Below, one piece after another: positions 9,415-19,482 of a DNA stretch of 38,948 nucleotides (positions are counted from its first letter, which is position 1; every line of letters starts with the position of its first letter). The stretch spans positions 1 through 38,948 of the forward strand of contig VBOF01000023.1 of the NCBI GenBank assembly GCA_005877855.1, given 5' to 3'. The notes beneath the pieces were generated by a model. The model saw only the letters and a program-made list of their open reading frames with translations. It had not been told where the DNA came from and ran no database searches. Source of the stretch: Nitrospirota bacterium. GTDB lineage: Bacteria > Nitrospirota > Nitrospiria > Nitrospirales > NS-4. Position numbers and translations under genes: made by a program.

Positions 9415-11647
9415 CGACGAGATCCTGTGGGATATCTGCGCCTCCACCAGGCATGGCTGATCAGTCCGAGGCACAGCAGGCAGCCGGCCAGTGACGCTGC
9501 GGCGCCGGCCCTTAACAACGGGGTTCGGTAGGAAAACGTCACCACATGGGCGCCTGACGGCACGACCACCGCCCGCACCAGCGCGTTGGCGCGTAGAATC
9601 GGAATCTCAACGCTGTTCTCGAGCCTGGCTGTCCAGCCCTTATCGAAGGCGTCGAGCAGAACGAGGACGGCCGGCTTTGGGGATTCGACCCGCACCCGTA
9701 CGTTCTCGGGTGTGTAGTGGTCGATCGTCGTGCGCCCATCACCGGCTGGTCCCGGCAACGTGGGGTCTGAGGTTTCGATCACGTCCACCTCGCCGCTCAG
9801 GAAATCCGGCCGTGCGAGCATCGCGGCCGGATCGACCGGCGAAACGGCGCGCTCCGGTCGCCGCGATAAATACGCGCGCGGCTTGGCGGGGACGGGGTTG
9901 TGGTACAGGGCAAGATCGTATGCAGGAAGCGCAGCCACGAGCGCTTTCGCGAGTGGCGTCTCGTTCAAGCGTGATTGGCGACCGATGTAGTAGGTGACGT
10001 TGAAACGCGCGGCGGCCGTGACGTCTTTTCTCCACTGCTCCACCATGAACTGAAGGGCGGAACCGTACCCGGGCAGATAGAAGTTTGCGGACTCGATATG
10101 GAATTGAGTGTTGTGCTCCAAATCCAGCGCTTGTCGGCGCGCCATCGACTTCGCCCCATGGTGGTCAAGCGAGCGAAAGATTCGCTCCGGCATTGCGATT
10201 TTCTCCTCGGCGGTTCCAATCATGCGGAAGCGCCCAGGGACCACCCCGCCTTCGCGTGCCTTGATGGCCTCGGCCAAAGGTGGAATGAACGTCGCCAATT
10301 CTTCGGGTCCTATGTGGTAGGCGCCCAGGTTTGTGCGTGCGAGATCGAGCGTCATAATCGCTGCAAGGGCGGTGAGCAGGAACGCTTCAGAGAGTCGTCT
10401 CCTCCGGGCTCCCAGGACGGCCACCCACACACCCAGTGCCGCCAGTGTGCTGAAGAAGAAAGCGTGCGTTCCTGACCGGGTTATCTCGTATGCCAAGGCC
10501 GGCGGTGCTCCGAAATGTCCAGACATCCATGCGCTGGCGGTTTCCGCGTAGAGTGCAAGCCCCGCACTAGCGCATAGGATTGCTCCGGCAAGCCAGAGCG
10601 CCGGGCGTCCCGTGCCTGTCCTTACCGCGTCGAGCCCGGCTCCTGCAAGCATCGCGGCAGCGAACGACACCACGCCCATGAATTTCTCCGGGTATCGGAA
10701 TGCCGACCAGAACGGCACCACACGGTAGAAGATCTCGTAGAGTCCGCCGTACCGGCCGAGGGCAAGAAGCAACGGCCTCTCCCTTCCAGCGGTCGGGTGC
10801 CGAAGAAGAAGTGCCCTACGTCCGCCGGATCCGCGTTCTCGCCAATCGGGGAAGCCAGTACGGTCACCAGACGCAGGGGATGAGTTGACCAATAGAGCGC
10901 ATGCTCATGGAAGGAAGTGGGCTGCGCGCGGGTACTATTAGCGAACACCGCGGCGGCAGGTCCAAGCTGAATGCATGCGAGAAGGACCGCCAAGCTGCCG
11001 GCTAGGAATAACCGAAGACAGGCCTCGCGGCGAGAACCCGGTGCGCGCGCCATCGCCCACGCAAGCGCGATGAACCCGTCGTAATACCCTGTTTGTATAT
11101 CACCGATCAGAAACACTGTTGCCCACACGGCCGCGGGCGCCACCGTCCAGGCACGCGAACCGACCAGCGCTTTTTCAAGCGCGGCGCAGAAAAGCGGCAG
11201 CACGCAGATCGAGTAGAGGTATGCGATGTGGTCGGTGAGCGACACGAGGTACCCGGAAAGCGCGAACGCCAGGCCGGCGACCAGCGCGCCCGAGCGCGAA
11301 AAATTCAGCATCCGTCCCAGTACGAAGGCTCCGACCGCGGCCAGCAGACATGACAAGAGTGTCGAGGCACGATACGCGTCGGGGATCAGAAGGAGGAAAT
11401 AGAGCGAGGTGAACGGGTGGAAGACGCCCGTGTGGGTCACTCCGATGAACGGACGCCCGAGTGCCTCGTAGGGGAACCACTGTGGCAGTTCGCCGGCCGA
11501 GAGCCTCTCGATGAGATACTGCTTGATCGGGAGGTGCAGCCGAAAGGCGTCGCGTTTGATGAGCACCAGTCCAGGCAGCCAGAGACCATGGTAGAAGGCA
11601 AGGGTGAGACCCAGTAGGACTGTCACTGCACGAGACTCAGGCAGCAT
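9411..11647 (-). pseudogene. YfhO-like membrane protein paralog 3, disrupted by an internal deletion plus frameshift
   Basis: The N-terminal half (frame of ORF 10622..11785) and the C-terminal half (frame of ORF 9411..10892) are each collinear with paralogs 1 and 2. The segment equivalent to FWAESxYLGVPVTGLAxLGAWxRRDL... is missing. The span is 2237 nt, not a multiple of 3. Confidence 0.7.
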
Positions 11648-12374
11648 TCTTTCGCGCCACCACCAGGACATTTTTCCCGAACCACGGATTCTGTAAACCT
11701 TCCAACCACCGGGTGAACGGGACAAACCACGTATCGTAAAAATGCGCGAGGTGGGTGTTGATGGACGTGCGCCTCCCAACGACATTCAGAAGGTACCAAG
11801 GCAGTACCCCCATGCAGTCCATGTACTTGGACTTGACTACATCAAATCCCCCGTCGCGCAGCAACCCCTCCAAGTGCGGCTTCTCGTAGCGCCGGTAGTG
11901 GCCGACCGCCCTGTCCAGCGCGCTATAGAGCCACGGCAGAGCCGGCACGAACACGACAAACGTGCCACCCGGCACGAGCGCGTGGTAGGCAGCGCGGATT
12001 GATGCCTGATCGTCCGCGATGTGTTCGAGGACATTGATCATGAGCACGGTGTCAAACCGTTCCGGGGAAGATCGGAAGACCTCGTTGGTTGTCGTCAGGC
12101 GGCCTGCCCGCAGTAGATCGGGGTGGGCGGTCTCCAACCGCTTGTGCAGATGCTGGTAGAGGGTGCCCTCTGGCTCGAACACCTCCAATCGCGCCGTCGG
12201 GTGGCAGGACACATGTGAGCGCACGAGCCGGTTGGTGAAAGTGCCGATGCCGGCCCCGATTTCGACCAGCCGCTCCCCGAAGAACGGACGGACTTCCTCG
12301 AAGAGCCATCGGTAGTAGTTCTCCAGATCGTCGAGGGCCAGGAGGCTTGCTGTCAGGCACTCGCCTTCAGTCAT
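11637..12374 (-). CDS. Class I SAM-dependent methyltransferase
   Basis: Motif I LVEIGAGIGTFT, then DTVLMINVLEHIAD and LVPGGTFVV. It is the first gene of the minus-strand operon and its 3' end overlaps the start of paralog 3. ATG at 12374; the track start is GTG at 12392. Confidence 0.8.
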   Translation of the reverse strand: MTEGECLTASLLALDDLENYYRWLFEEVRPFFGERLVEIGAGIGTFTNRLVRSHVSCHPTARLEVFEPEGTLYQHLHKRLETAHPDLLRAGRLTTTNEVFRSSPERFDTVLMINVLEHIADDQASIRAAYHALVPGGTFVVFVPALPWLYSALDRAVGHYRRYEKPHLEGLLRDGGFDVVKSKYMDCMGVLPWYLLNVVGRRTSINTHLAHFYDTWFVPFTRWLEGLQNPWFGKNVLVVARKNAA

Positions 12375-12485
12375 ACGTGTTGGCGCGCGCACGGCCCATG
12401 CGAAGGAATTCTAGACGCGGGTCTGGAAAGAGGCAAGGACAAACTGGTATAAGGGACCGCGGTTGAGGGCTGTTACTGGAACAAG

Positions 12486-13253
12486 ATGTTCAAGATTAAG
12501 AAATACCGGAAAGAAGCGACCGATCCGGGCCAACTTGTCGATTCCGTTGAACAGGCGGCTCGCCAGGCGAAGGAAAATCTGGCCTGGCTCATTGCCGGCG
12601 TGGTCGTGGCTGTCCTGGTAGGCGCGGCGGTCGGGGGGTTCCTGTGGATGCGCCAGCAGGACGACCGCGCTGCGGCCGACCTGTTCTATGAAGCCACTCA
12701 ACTGGTGTCCGAGCCCTCGCAAACGGGAGCGCCCCCGGCGCCGCGCCGTTCGGAGGACTTACAGAAAGCCATCGAGGCATTCCGGAAGATCCTCACCGAC
12801 TTTCCGAACAGCTCGGTCGCGCCCCAGGCCGCGTATCTGTTGGGAAATGCCTTGAGCGAGCGCAAGGACTGGGATGGTGCCATCAAGGCCTACCAGGATT
12901 TTCTGGCCCGCTACGGCGCCAACCGACTCCTCGTTCCGCTGGTCTATCAGCGCATGGCCTATGTGCAACTGGCGCAAGGCAAGCTGGACGAAGCGGAAAA
13001 GACGTTGACTGCGATCGTGCAGATGGCGAGCGCTCCCAACAAGGATCACGCGCTCTACGAACTCGGCAAGATCAACGAACTGCTGAACCGACAGGAGGGC
13101 GCGCTGGCGTACTACCAACAGATCGTGAAAGACCACCCGTCCTCCCCCTTCGCGACCGAAGCCTCCGTTCGCATCAAGACCCTCGATGCGCGAAAAGCCG
13201 TTGCGCCCGCTACGGGGACTCCAGCGCCCACTCCTCCGCCGCCACAGAAGTAA
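12486..13253 (+). CDS. Membrane-anchored TPR protein (YfgM/TPR_21-like)
   Basis: N-terminal TM helix WLIAGVVVAVLVGAAVGGFLW followed by TPR-like repeats (AAYLLGNAL..., ALYELGKI...) and a Pro-rich tail. Confidence 0.5.
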   Translation: MFKIKKYRKEATDPGQLVDSVEQAARQAKENLAWLIAGVVVAVLVGAAVGGFLWMRQQDDRAAADLFYEATQLVSEPSQTGAPPAPRRSEDLQKAIEAFRKILTDFPNSSVAPQAAYLLGNALSERKDWDGAIKAYQDFLARYGANRLLVPLVYQRMAYVQLAQGKLDEAEKTLTAIVQMASAPNKDHALYELGKINELLNRQEGALAYYQQIVKDHPSSPFATEASVRIKTLDARKAVAPATGTPAPTPPPPQK

Positions 13254-13307
13254 ACCTGATTCCGACATGAACGTCTCAGCGACGACGGGCAGCGAGCCTG
13301 GGATGCG

Positions 13308-15287
13308 ATGAGTACCGGCCGTCCCAATCAATGCCTGTCGTGCTACCACATGCCGGCGCTCCTTGTTGCAACCGGAGTGGTCGTGCTCGGGACCGCGTTG
13401 GTGGACCTGTCCCGACTGTGGCTGTTGGTGGTGCCGATAGTTGTCTGCTTGATGGTCTCTGGCGCTGGTGCGCTGGTCGACCGAGCTGTTGGTGGCCTTC
13501 TGGCCGGGCATGAGTATCCGCCGATGGTCGGGCTGTCGGTCCGCATGGGTGTGGGGCTTGCGTGCTTGTCGTTGGTGACTTTCCTAAGCGCATTGAGCGG
13601 GATGCTCTGGCTGGCAGGGCTGGCCGCGCTTCCGGCCATCACATACGGGTGCGTCTGTGTCATCCGCGCGAGCTTTCGGTTGCGTCCGTTCCGTGTGGCT
13701 CTGGCAACAGGGGTCGGAGGGAGCCTGCTGGGTGGCGGATGGCTCGTGGCGTGGCTCTGGGCCACGATCCCGCCCACCTTCTACGATGAACTGGCCTATC
13801 ATCTGGTGATTCCGCAACGGGTCCTTGAGACGGGAGCGATCCAGACGACTCCCTGGGTGTTCTTTACCTTCATGCCCCATGCGTACGATCTGTTGCTGGC
13901 ATGGGGGATGGCGTTCGCCGGGGATCTCGGTGCCAGGGCTATCATCGTCGCGTTGTGGGTGGCGTGCTCGCTGGCAGCCTGGGGGTTGGCCGAGGGGATT
14001 ACCGGGCCCGGGGCTTCTCCGTGGGCGGCGCCTCTCGTGGCGGGCGCGCTGGCGACGTCGCCCATGCTCTGGTTTCTCGCTACGCTCCCGTTTGCAGAAA
14101 CCGCTTTGGTCGCAGCGGTCGTCACCGCGGCCGTCGTGCTTGTCGCTCCGCCGGCCGAACGGCGTCCCTGGTTGGCGCTCGGGTTAGTCCTGGGGTTGGC
14201 CGCCTCGGTCAAGCTCGCGGGGCTGTATTGGGTCGTGGCAGGACTGGCCGCGACGGCTGTCGCGGGATGGACGGGAAGGGATACCCTCCGGGCGGGCGCG
14301 GTTGCGCTGGCGAGTGTTGCGCCTTGGTGGGTTCGGGCGTTCGTCCATACGGGTAATCCGATCTATCCGATGGCGTACGGATTGCTGGGGGGCCGTCCAT
14401 GGAGCGAAGAGAGCCAGGCGCGGGTAATGGCGGACCTGCCCTACGGTGCTCCGGGCAGCCTCGGCTTGGGAGGCCTGCTGAGCCTGCCGCTGGATATGGT
14501 GCAACGCCCGGAACGCTTTGGATCAGCCTCGGAGGCGGGTGTGCTGGCCGTCGCGGCGACCTGCCTGGTCTTGGCTTTGCCGGTCATCTCCCGGGTTGTT
14601 GGGCTCAGCGAGCGCGGCCGGCGTCTGGGCGATGCCGCCGCGATCTTCGTGGCCCTGTCAGGCGCCGGATGGGTCCTCACATCTCCGACCACGCGATTCT
14701 TCGCCCCGGCGTTTGTCGTCGGCCTGGCGGGGCTGGTCGGGACCCTGCTGTATCTCCGACGAGCGGGCCGAGTGGTGGCGCTGATCGTAATACTCGTCGG
14801 GGGGGTGTGGGGGACGGCCCGGTTTCTTCATCAGCACGCGGCCGTCTTCTCATCACTTGAAGTGGCCCTCGGACGAGAGAGCGCCGATGCATACCTGACC
14901 CGGCAGCTCGACCATTTCGCCGCCGCACGCTTCGTGCAGGAGAGACTGCCGCCTGACGCGCGGCTGCTCCTTATCGGCGAGACCCGGCCCTACTATTTTT
15001 ACCGAGAAGCCATGGCGCCGTCCGCCTATGATGTCCATCCCCTGCGCCGTTGGGTCCAGGAGTCTCCATCCCCGGAGGCACTGGCAAAGCGCCTGGCCGC
15101 CGAGGGATTCACTCATGTCGTGCTTAACATCTACGAGCTCAAGCGCCTCCATGACAACTACGGCCTGCTGGCTTTTTCCGGTGATGAGGCGGAAGCGAAC
15201 ACCCGACGCCTCAGGGAACTCCCCCGCGCATTGCGGCTGCTGTTCGCGGCGAACGGGGTGTACGTCTTTGAAGTGCCTCGGCAGTAG
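13308..15287 (+). CDS. GT-C fold glycosyltransferase, GT39/ArnT/PMT-like
   Basis: 659 aa with about 12 TM helices. The first periplasmic loop carries FYDELAYHLVIPQ (DE..Y motif of family 39/83 enzymes). It also has a soluble C-terminal domain. Confidence 0.6.
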   Translation: MSTGRPNQCLSCYHMPALLVATGVVVLGTALVDLSRLWLLVVPIVVCLMVSGAGALVDRAVGGLLAGHEYPPMVGLSVRMGVGLACLSLVTFLSALSGMLWLAGLAALPAITYGCVCVIRASFRLRPFRVALATGVGGSLLGGGWLVAWLWATIPPTFYDELAYHLVIPQRVLETGAIQTTPWVFFTFMPHAYDLLLAWGMAFAGDLGARAIIVALWVACSLAAWGLAEGITGPGASPWAAPLVAGALATSPMLWFLATLPFAETALVAAVVTAAVVLVAPPAERRPWLALGLVLGLAASVKLAGLYWVVAGLAATAVAGWTGRDTLRAGAVALASVAPWWVRAFVHTGNPIYPMAYGLLGGRPWSEESQARVMADLPYGAPGSLGLGGLLSLPLDMVQRPERFGSASEAGVLAVAATCLVLALPVISRVVGLSERGRRLGDAAAIFVALSGAGWVLTSPTTRFFAPAFVVGLAGLVGTLLYLRRAGRVVALIVILVGGVWGTARFLHQHAAVFSSLEVALGRESADAYLTRQLDHFAAARFVQERLPPDARLLLIGETRPYYFYREAMAPSAYDVHPLRRWVQESPSPEALAKRLAAEGFTHVVLNIYELKRLHDNYGLLAFSGDEAEANTRRLRELPRALRLLFAANGVYVFEVPRQ

Positions 15288-15299
15288 CGTGAGGGCGAA

Positions 15300-16514
15300 T
15301 TACGACTTGGCCTTGCCCAGTTGAGGGATGAGGAGCCACTCTCCAGGCTTGAGCTTGGAGGATTTGTCCAACGCGTTGGCGTCGAGGATCGCCGCGAGGG
15401 GGGTGTGGTGACGCGTCGCGATGTGGTGCAGAGTCTCACCACGGCGGACCTGATAGCGCGTTGCCTGGACCCGCTTCCAGTCCGGGTACGAAGCCAGGTT
15501 GCTCAACAGCAGGTCCTTGCTCCCCACCGGAACCTTCAAACGGTAGGTGGGATCCGGCGGGGTCAGGTCCTTGCGAAGCTCGGGGTTCAGGGCCTTTAAC
15601 TCCTGGTATGTCACGCCGGCGGCCTTGGCTGCCATCCGCAAGTGGATCGGCCGCGTGAGGACTGCTTCCTCGTACTCGACCGGAGGTTGCGGGCCGAGCA
15701 TGAACCCGTAGCGGCTCGGGTCTTTGGCGATGAGTGTCGCGGCGAGAAACCGGGGCACGTATTCCCGAGTTTCGCGCTTGAGCAGCTTGGTGTCGGTGAG
15801 GTCCCAGAAGTCGTCGGCGCGGGCGCGGACAAGCGCGCGGCCCACCTTCCGCTCGCCCGCGTTGTACGCAGCCATCGCCAGCGGCCAGGAGCCGAAGAGG
15901 TGGTACAGATCGCGTAGATACTGAGCGGCGGCCAGCGTGGATTTCACGGGGTCTCGCCGCTCGTCAATCCAGTTGTCGACCCGCAGGCCGTACGTCTTGG
16001 CGGTGGACTGGATGAACTGCCACGGTCCGACCGCCTTGGCGCGGGAGACGGCGTTCGTGCTGAACCCACTCTCCACCAGCGAGAGGAAGATCAGGTCCGC
16101 TGGCAGGTTAAACTCCGCGAAGACCTGCTGGATCATCGGCCGGTGACGCTCAAATCGCTGCAACCAGAGTTCGAAATGATCGCGGATGTTGAAGGTGAAA
16201 ATCAGGACATGCTTGTCGATCTTGGGTGTCCGCACGATCGGTACGTCGAAGTCGACCGTTTCCTCCGCGGCCTCAAGCGGTTCGGTCGTCGTGACTTCGA
16301 GCAACGAAGGGCCCGACGTCCCTTCCCCCACGGGAGGGGGAGAGGGGGGTGCCGTCTCGATGCGGGGGGTTGAATCCACGGTGGCCCCCAGCGGCGGATC
16401 ACCGGCCGCAGGCTCCTCCGGTTCGGTCCCGGACAGCGCAAGTGCCTCCGTCGGTACGACCCCGGCGGTCAAGATTCCGCTCAGCAGCAGCACGAAAAAG
16501 AAACGGATGTGCAT
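15300..16514 (-). CDS. mltD: Lytic murein transglycosylase with C-terminal LysM (MltD-like)
   Basis: Signal peptide MHIRFFFVLLLSGILTAG. SLT catalytic region LVESGFSTNAVSRAKAVGPWQFI. LysM-like YQVRRGETLHHIATRHHTPLAAILDAN. GGAG Shine-Dalgarno 7 nt before the ATG. Confidence 0.8.
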   Translation of the reverse strand: MHIRFFFVLLLSGILTAGVVPTEALALSGTEPEEPAAGDPPLGATVDSTPRIETAPPSPPPVGEGTSGPSLLEVTTTEPLEAAEETVDFDVPIVRTPKIDKHVLIFTFNIRDHFELWLQRFERHRPMIQQVFAEFNLPADLIFLSLVESGFSTNAVSRAKAVGPWQFIQSTAKTYGLRVDNWIDERRDPVKSTLAAAQYLRDLYHLFGSWPLAMAAYNAGERKVGRALVRARADDFWDLTDTKLLKRETREYVPRFLAATLIAKDPSRYGFMLGPQPPVEYEEAVLTRPIHLRMAAKAAGVTYQELKALNPELRKDLTPPDPTYRLKVPVGSKDLLLSNLASYPDWKRVQATRYQVRRGETLHHIATRHHTPLAAILDANALDKSSKLKPGEWLLIPQLGKAKS

Positions 16515-16639
16515 GGGTTTCTCCGAGAGCCCTTTAGTATAGACGAAGTGCCGCCTGAAAGCAAGAGACGGCCGATCGGCTCATGCCGTTAGTCGTTGAT
16601 AATCAGTTGATTTCTTTCCCGAATAGGTCTTCTGGCGCC

Positions 16640-16668
16640 TTGACAGGTTCCTGAGCATGTGGTAGCGT
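16640..16668 (+). promoter_or_regulatory. Sigma70-type promoter candidate for the aminotransferase-serA operon
   Basis: TTGACA (16640-16645), a 17-nt spacer, then TAGCGT (16663-16668) with a TGn extended -10. It lies ~50 nt upstream of the ATG at 16720. Confidence 0.45.
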
Positions 16669-16719
16669 GCCCACGTCTTCATCCATCCAGCTTCCCCTGC
16701 AGAAGGAGACCCTTAGGCT

Positions 16720-17862
16720 ATGGTGAAACGGTACCTGTTGGCGCCAGGGCCGACCCAAGTTCCCCCGGAAGTGCTGTTGGCCATGGCCCGGCCGATTCTG
16801 CACCACCGGGCGCCCGAGTTCGTCACGTTGTTCGGGCAGGTGCGCGATGACCTGAAGTGGCTCTTTCAGACCACGAACGATGTCCTGACGCTCGTTTCGA
16901 CGGGCACGGGCGCCATGGAGGGGGCGGTGTCCAACTTCCTCTCGCCCGGCGACAAGGCGCTCTATGTCAACGGCGGGAAGTTCGGGGAGCGCTGGGGCAA
17001 GCTCTGCAAGGCCTTCGGCGTGAACGCGATCGAGATCAAGGTGGAGTGGGGCGAAGCGGTCGATCCCTGGGTGGTGGCCGATGCGCTGAAAAAGGACCCG
17101 GCTATCAAGGCGGTGTACGTGCAGGCGAGCGAGACGTCCACCGGGGTGGCCCACGACGTCCGGGCGTTGGCCGAGATCGTGCGGGCCCGCGCGGACACGA
17201 TTCTGGTGGTGGATGCGATCACCGCCTTGGGCGTGTTTGATTTGCGGACCGACGAATGGGGCCTCGACGTGCTCGTCGCCGGGTCGCAGAAGGCGTTGAT
17301 GCTGCCACCGGGCCTGGCCTTCGTGAGCGTGAGCGAGAAGGCGTGGCAACTGGCCGGTAAGGCCAAGAACCCGGCCTTCTACTTCAACTTCAAGAAGGAA
17401 CAAGAGGCCCAGCAGAAGAACCAGACTGCGTACACTGCCGGAGTCTCGTTGATGGTGGGGCTCCAGGAAGTGCTGAAGCTGCTCAAGGCGGAGGGTCTGG
17501 GCAATGTCTTCGCGCGCCACGCGCGCCTGGCCCATGCGATGCGGGAGGGGATGAAGGCCGCCGGGCTTTCGCTCTTTCCCAAGCAGAGCCCCAGCGATGC
17601 ACTCACGGTGGTATCGGCGCCGCCGGGCGTGGACGGACAGGCGGTGTACAAGAACCTGCGCGAACAGTACGGGATCACAGCGGCCGGCGGGCAGGACCAC
17701 CTCAAGGGGAAGATCTTCCGGATCTCGCACATGGGGTACATCGATACCTTCGACGTCATCCAGGCGATCGCCGCCACTGAGATGGTGCTGAAAGGGCTGG
17801 GCCATCCGGTGAAGCTGGGGGCGGGCGTGGGGAAAGCCGAGGAGCTGCTGCTCGCCAAATGA
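16720..17862 (+). CDS. Class V aminotransferase (serine-glyoxylate / phosphoserine aminotransferase type)
   Basis: YLLAPGPTQVPPEVL, STGTGAMEGAV and GSQKALMLPPGLAF (PLP lysine). ATGA overlap with serA suggests it acts as the phosphoserine aminotransferase step. Confidence 0.8.
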   Translation: MVKRYLLAPGPTQVPPEVLLAMARPILHHRAPEFVTLFGQVRDDLKWLFQTTNDVLTLVSTGTGAMEGAVSNFLSPGDKALYVNGGKFGERWGKLCKAFGVNAIEIKVEWGEAVDPWVVADALKKDPAIKAVYVQASETSTGVAHDVRALAEIVRARADTILVVDAITALGVFDLRTDEWGLDVLVAGSQKALMLPPGLAFVSVSEKAWQLAGKAKNPAFYFNFKKEQEAQQKNQTAYTAGVSLMVGLQEVLKLLKAEGLGNVFARHARLAHAMREGMKAAGLSLFPKQSPSDALTVVSAPPGVDGQAVYKNLREQYGITAAGGQDHLKGKIFRISHMGYIDTFDVIQAIAATEMVLKGLGHPVKLGAGVGKAEELLLAK

Positions 17863-19439
17863 AAATCCTGGTCAGCGACGTCCTCTCCAAGCAGGGGATC
17901 GAGATTCTCGAGAAGGCGGGTCTGACCGTCGATGTCAAGACCAAGCTGTCCAAGGAAGATCTTCTCCACGAGCTCAGGCACTACGATGGCCTGATCGTCC
18001 GCAGCGCGACCAAGGTGACGGCCGAGGTGATCGCCGCCGCCGGCAAGCTGCGAGTGATCGGCCGGGCAGGGTCCGGCCTGGACAACGTGGACACCGCGGC
18101 GGCGACCAAGCGCGGAATCGTCGTGATGAACACCCCGGGCGGCAACACGGTCACCACGGCCGAGCACACCCTGGCGCTGATCCTCGCACTGGCCCGCAAG
18201 ATCCCGCAGGCCACCGCCTCGATGAAGGGCGGCAAGTGGGAGAAGGACCGGTTCATGGGCGTGGAGCTCTACAACAAAACCCTCGGCATCGTCGGGATGG
18301 GTCAGATCGGGAGCCACCTCGCGAAGCTTGCCCAGGGCATGATGATGAACGTGATCGCCTACGATCCGTACCTTGCCGAAGAGCGCGCCCGCAAGATGGG
18401 AGTCGAGATGATGGGCCTGCACGAGCTCTTCCGACGCGCCGACATCCTGTCGGTGCACACACCGCTGACGGCCGAGACCCAGAACATCATCAACGCCGCG
18501 ACGATCGCGACGATGAAGGATGGCGTGCGCATCATCAACTGCGCCCGCGGGGGGATCATCAATGAGAAGGACCTCTACGAGGCGCTGAAGAGCGGCAAGG
18601 TCGCGGGCGCCGCGTTCGACGTGTTTGAAGAGGAGCCGGTCGCGCCCAACCACCCCCTCCTGACGCTGGACAACTTCCTCTGCACCCCGCACATCGGAGC
18701 GGCCACCACCGAAGCCCAGGAGAACGTGGCGGTCGGGATCGCCGAGCAGATCGTGGACTACTTGACACGCGGCATCGCGCGGGGCGCCGTCAACATCCCG
18801 TCGGTGCCGGCCGAGATGCTGCCGCGGCTCCAGCCTTACATCACGCTGGCCGAGAAGCTGGGGCTCCTGCACTCCCAGCTGTACGAGGGCGGGATCGAAC
18901 GGGTGACGATCGAGTACAAGGGCGAGGTCGCCGGAGTCAACGTGGCGCCGCTGACCATCGCCGCGCTGAAGGGCCTCCTCACGCCGATCCTGGAGGAGAC
19001 GATCAACTACGTGAACGCGCCGGTTGTGGCGCGGGAGCGCGGGATCGAGGTCAAGGAGGTCAAAAGCAGCGATGCGGGCGACTTCACCAGCCTGGTCACG
19101 CTCCAGGTGGAGGCTGAGAAGAAGACCAGCCGGATCGCCGGGGCGCTGTACGGCCGGCGGGACCCCAGGATTGTGCAGATGGATTCCTTCCGGGTGGAGA
19201 TCGTGCCGGAAGGGCACATGCTTTTCATCCTGAACCACGACCGTCCCGGCGTCATCGGTCAGGTGGGGCAGATCCTCGGCGAGCACCAGATCAACATCGC
19301 CCGCATGCAGTGTTCGCGGGAAGAGAAGGGGGGCCACGCGTTACTCATCGTGGGCGTGGACGCGCCGCTGCCCGCGGAAGTCTTACGGGCCGTCACGGTC
19401 GCGAAGAACATCATCTCGGTCAAACTCGTTCGTCTCTAG
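17859..19439 (+). CDS. serA: D-3-phosphoglycerate dehydrogenase with C-terminal ACT domain
   Basis: 526 aa. NAD-binding motif GIVGMGQIGSHLA, then the NCARGG and PHIGAAT motifs, and an ACT-like tail (LFILNHDRPGVIGQVGQILGEHQINIA). Confidence 0.9.
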   Translation: MKILVSDVLSKQGIEILEKAGLTVDVKTKLSKEDLLHELRHYDGLIVRSATKVTAEVIAAAGKLRVIGRAGSGLDNVDTAAATKRGIVVMNTPGGNTVTTAEHTLALILALARKIPQATASMKGGKWEKDRFMGVELYNKTLGIVGMGQIGSHLAKLAQGMMMNVIAYDPYLAEERARKMGVEMMGLHELFRRADILSVHTPLTAETQNIINAATIATMKDGVRIINCARGGIINEKDLYEALKSGKVAGAAFDVFEEEPVAPNHPLLTLDNFLCTPHIGAATTEAQENVAVGIAEQIVDYLTRGIARGAVNIPSVPAEMLPRLQPYITLAEKLGLLHSQLYEGGIERVTIEYKGEVAGVNVAPLTIAALKGLLTPILEETINYVNAPVVARERGIEVKEVKSSDAGDFTSLVTLQVEAEKKTSRIAGALYGRRDPRIVQMDSFRVEIVPEGHMLFILNHDRPGVIGQVGQILGEHQINIARMQCSREEKGGHALLIVGVDAPLPAEVLRAVTVAKNIISVKLVRL

Positions 19440-19482
19440 CTTGTCCGCGCGGCATGCGGCTAGACCTCAAGTCCGTTGTACG

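Larger units (their letters stand above)
4640..11647 (-). repeat. Tandem array of three ~2.39 kb paralogous gene units
   Basis: Head-to-tail paralogs with a period of 2387 nt between copies 1 and 2. For example, an exact 42-nt match occurs at 4916..4957 and 7303..7344. Confidence 0.85.

Noticed and set aside
11637-12374. Methyltransferase heading the bioF-containing operon as a possible BioC
   Set aside because: Its motifs and length fit the generic Methyltransf_23-type enzymes common in glycan loci. Nothing BioC-specific is visible, and three membrane protein genes separate it from bioF.
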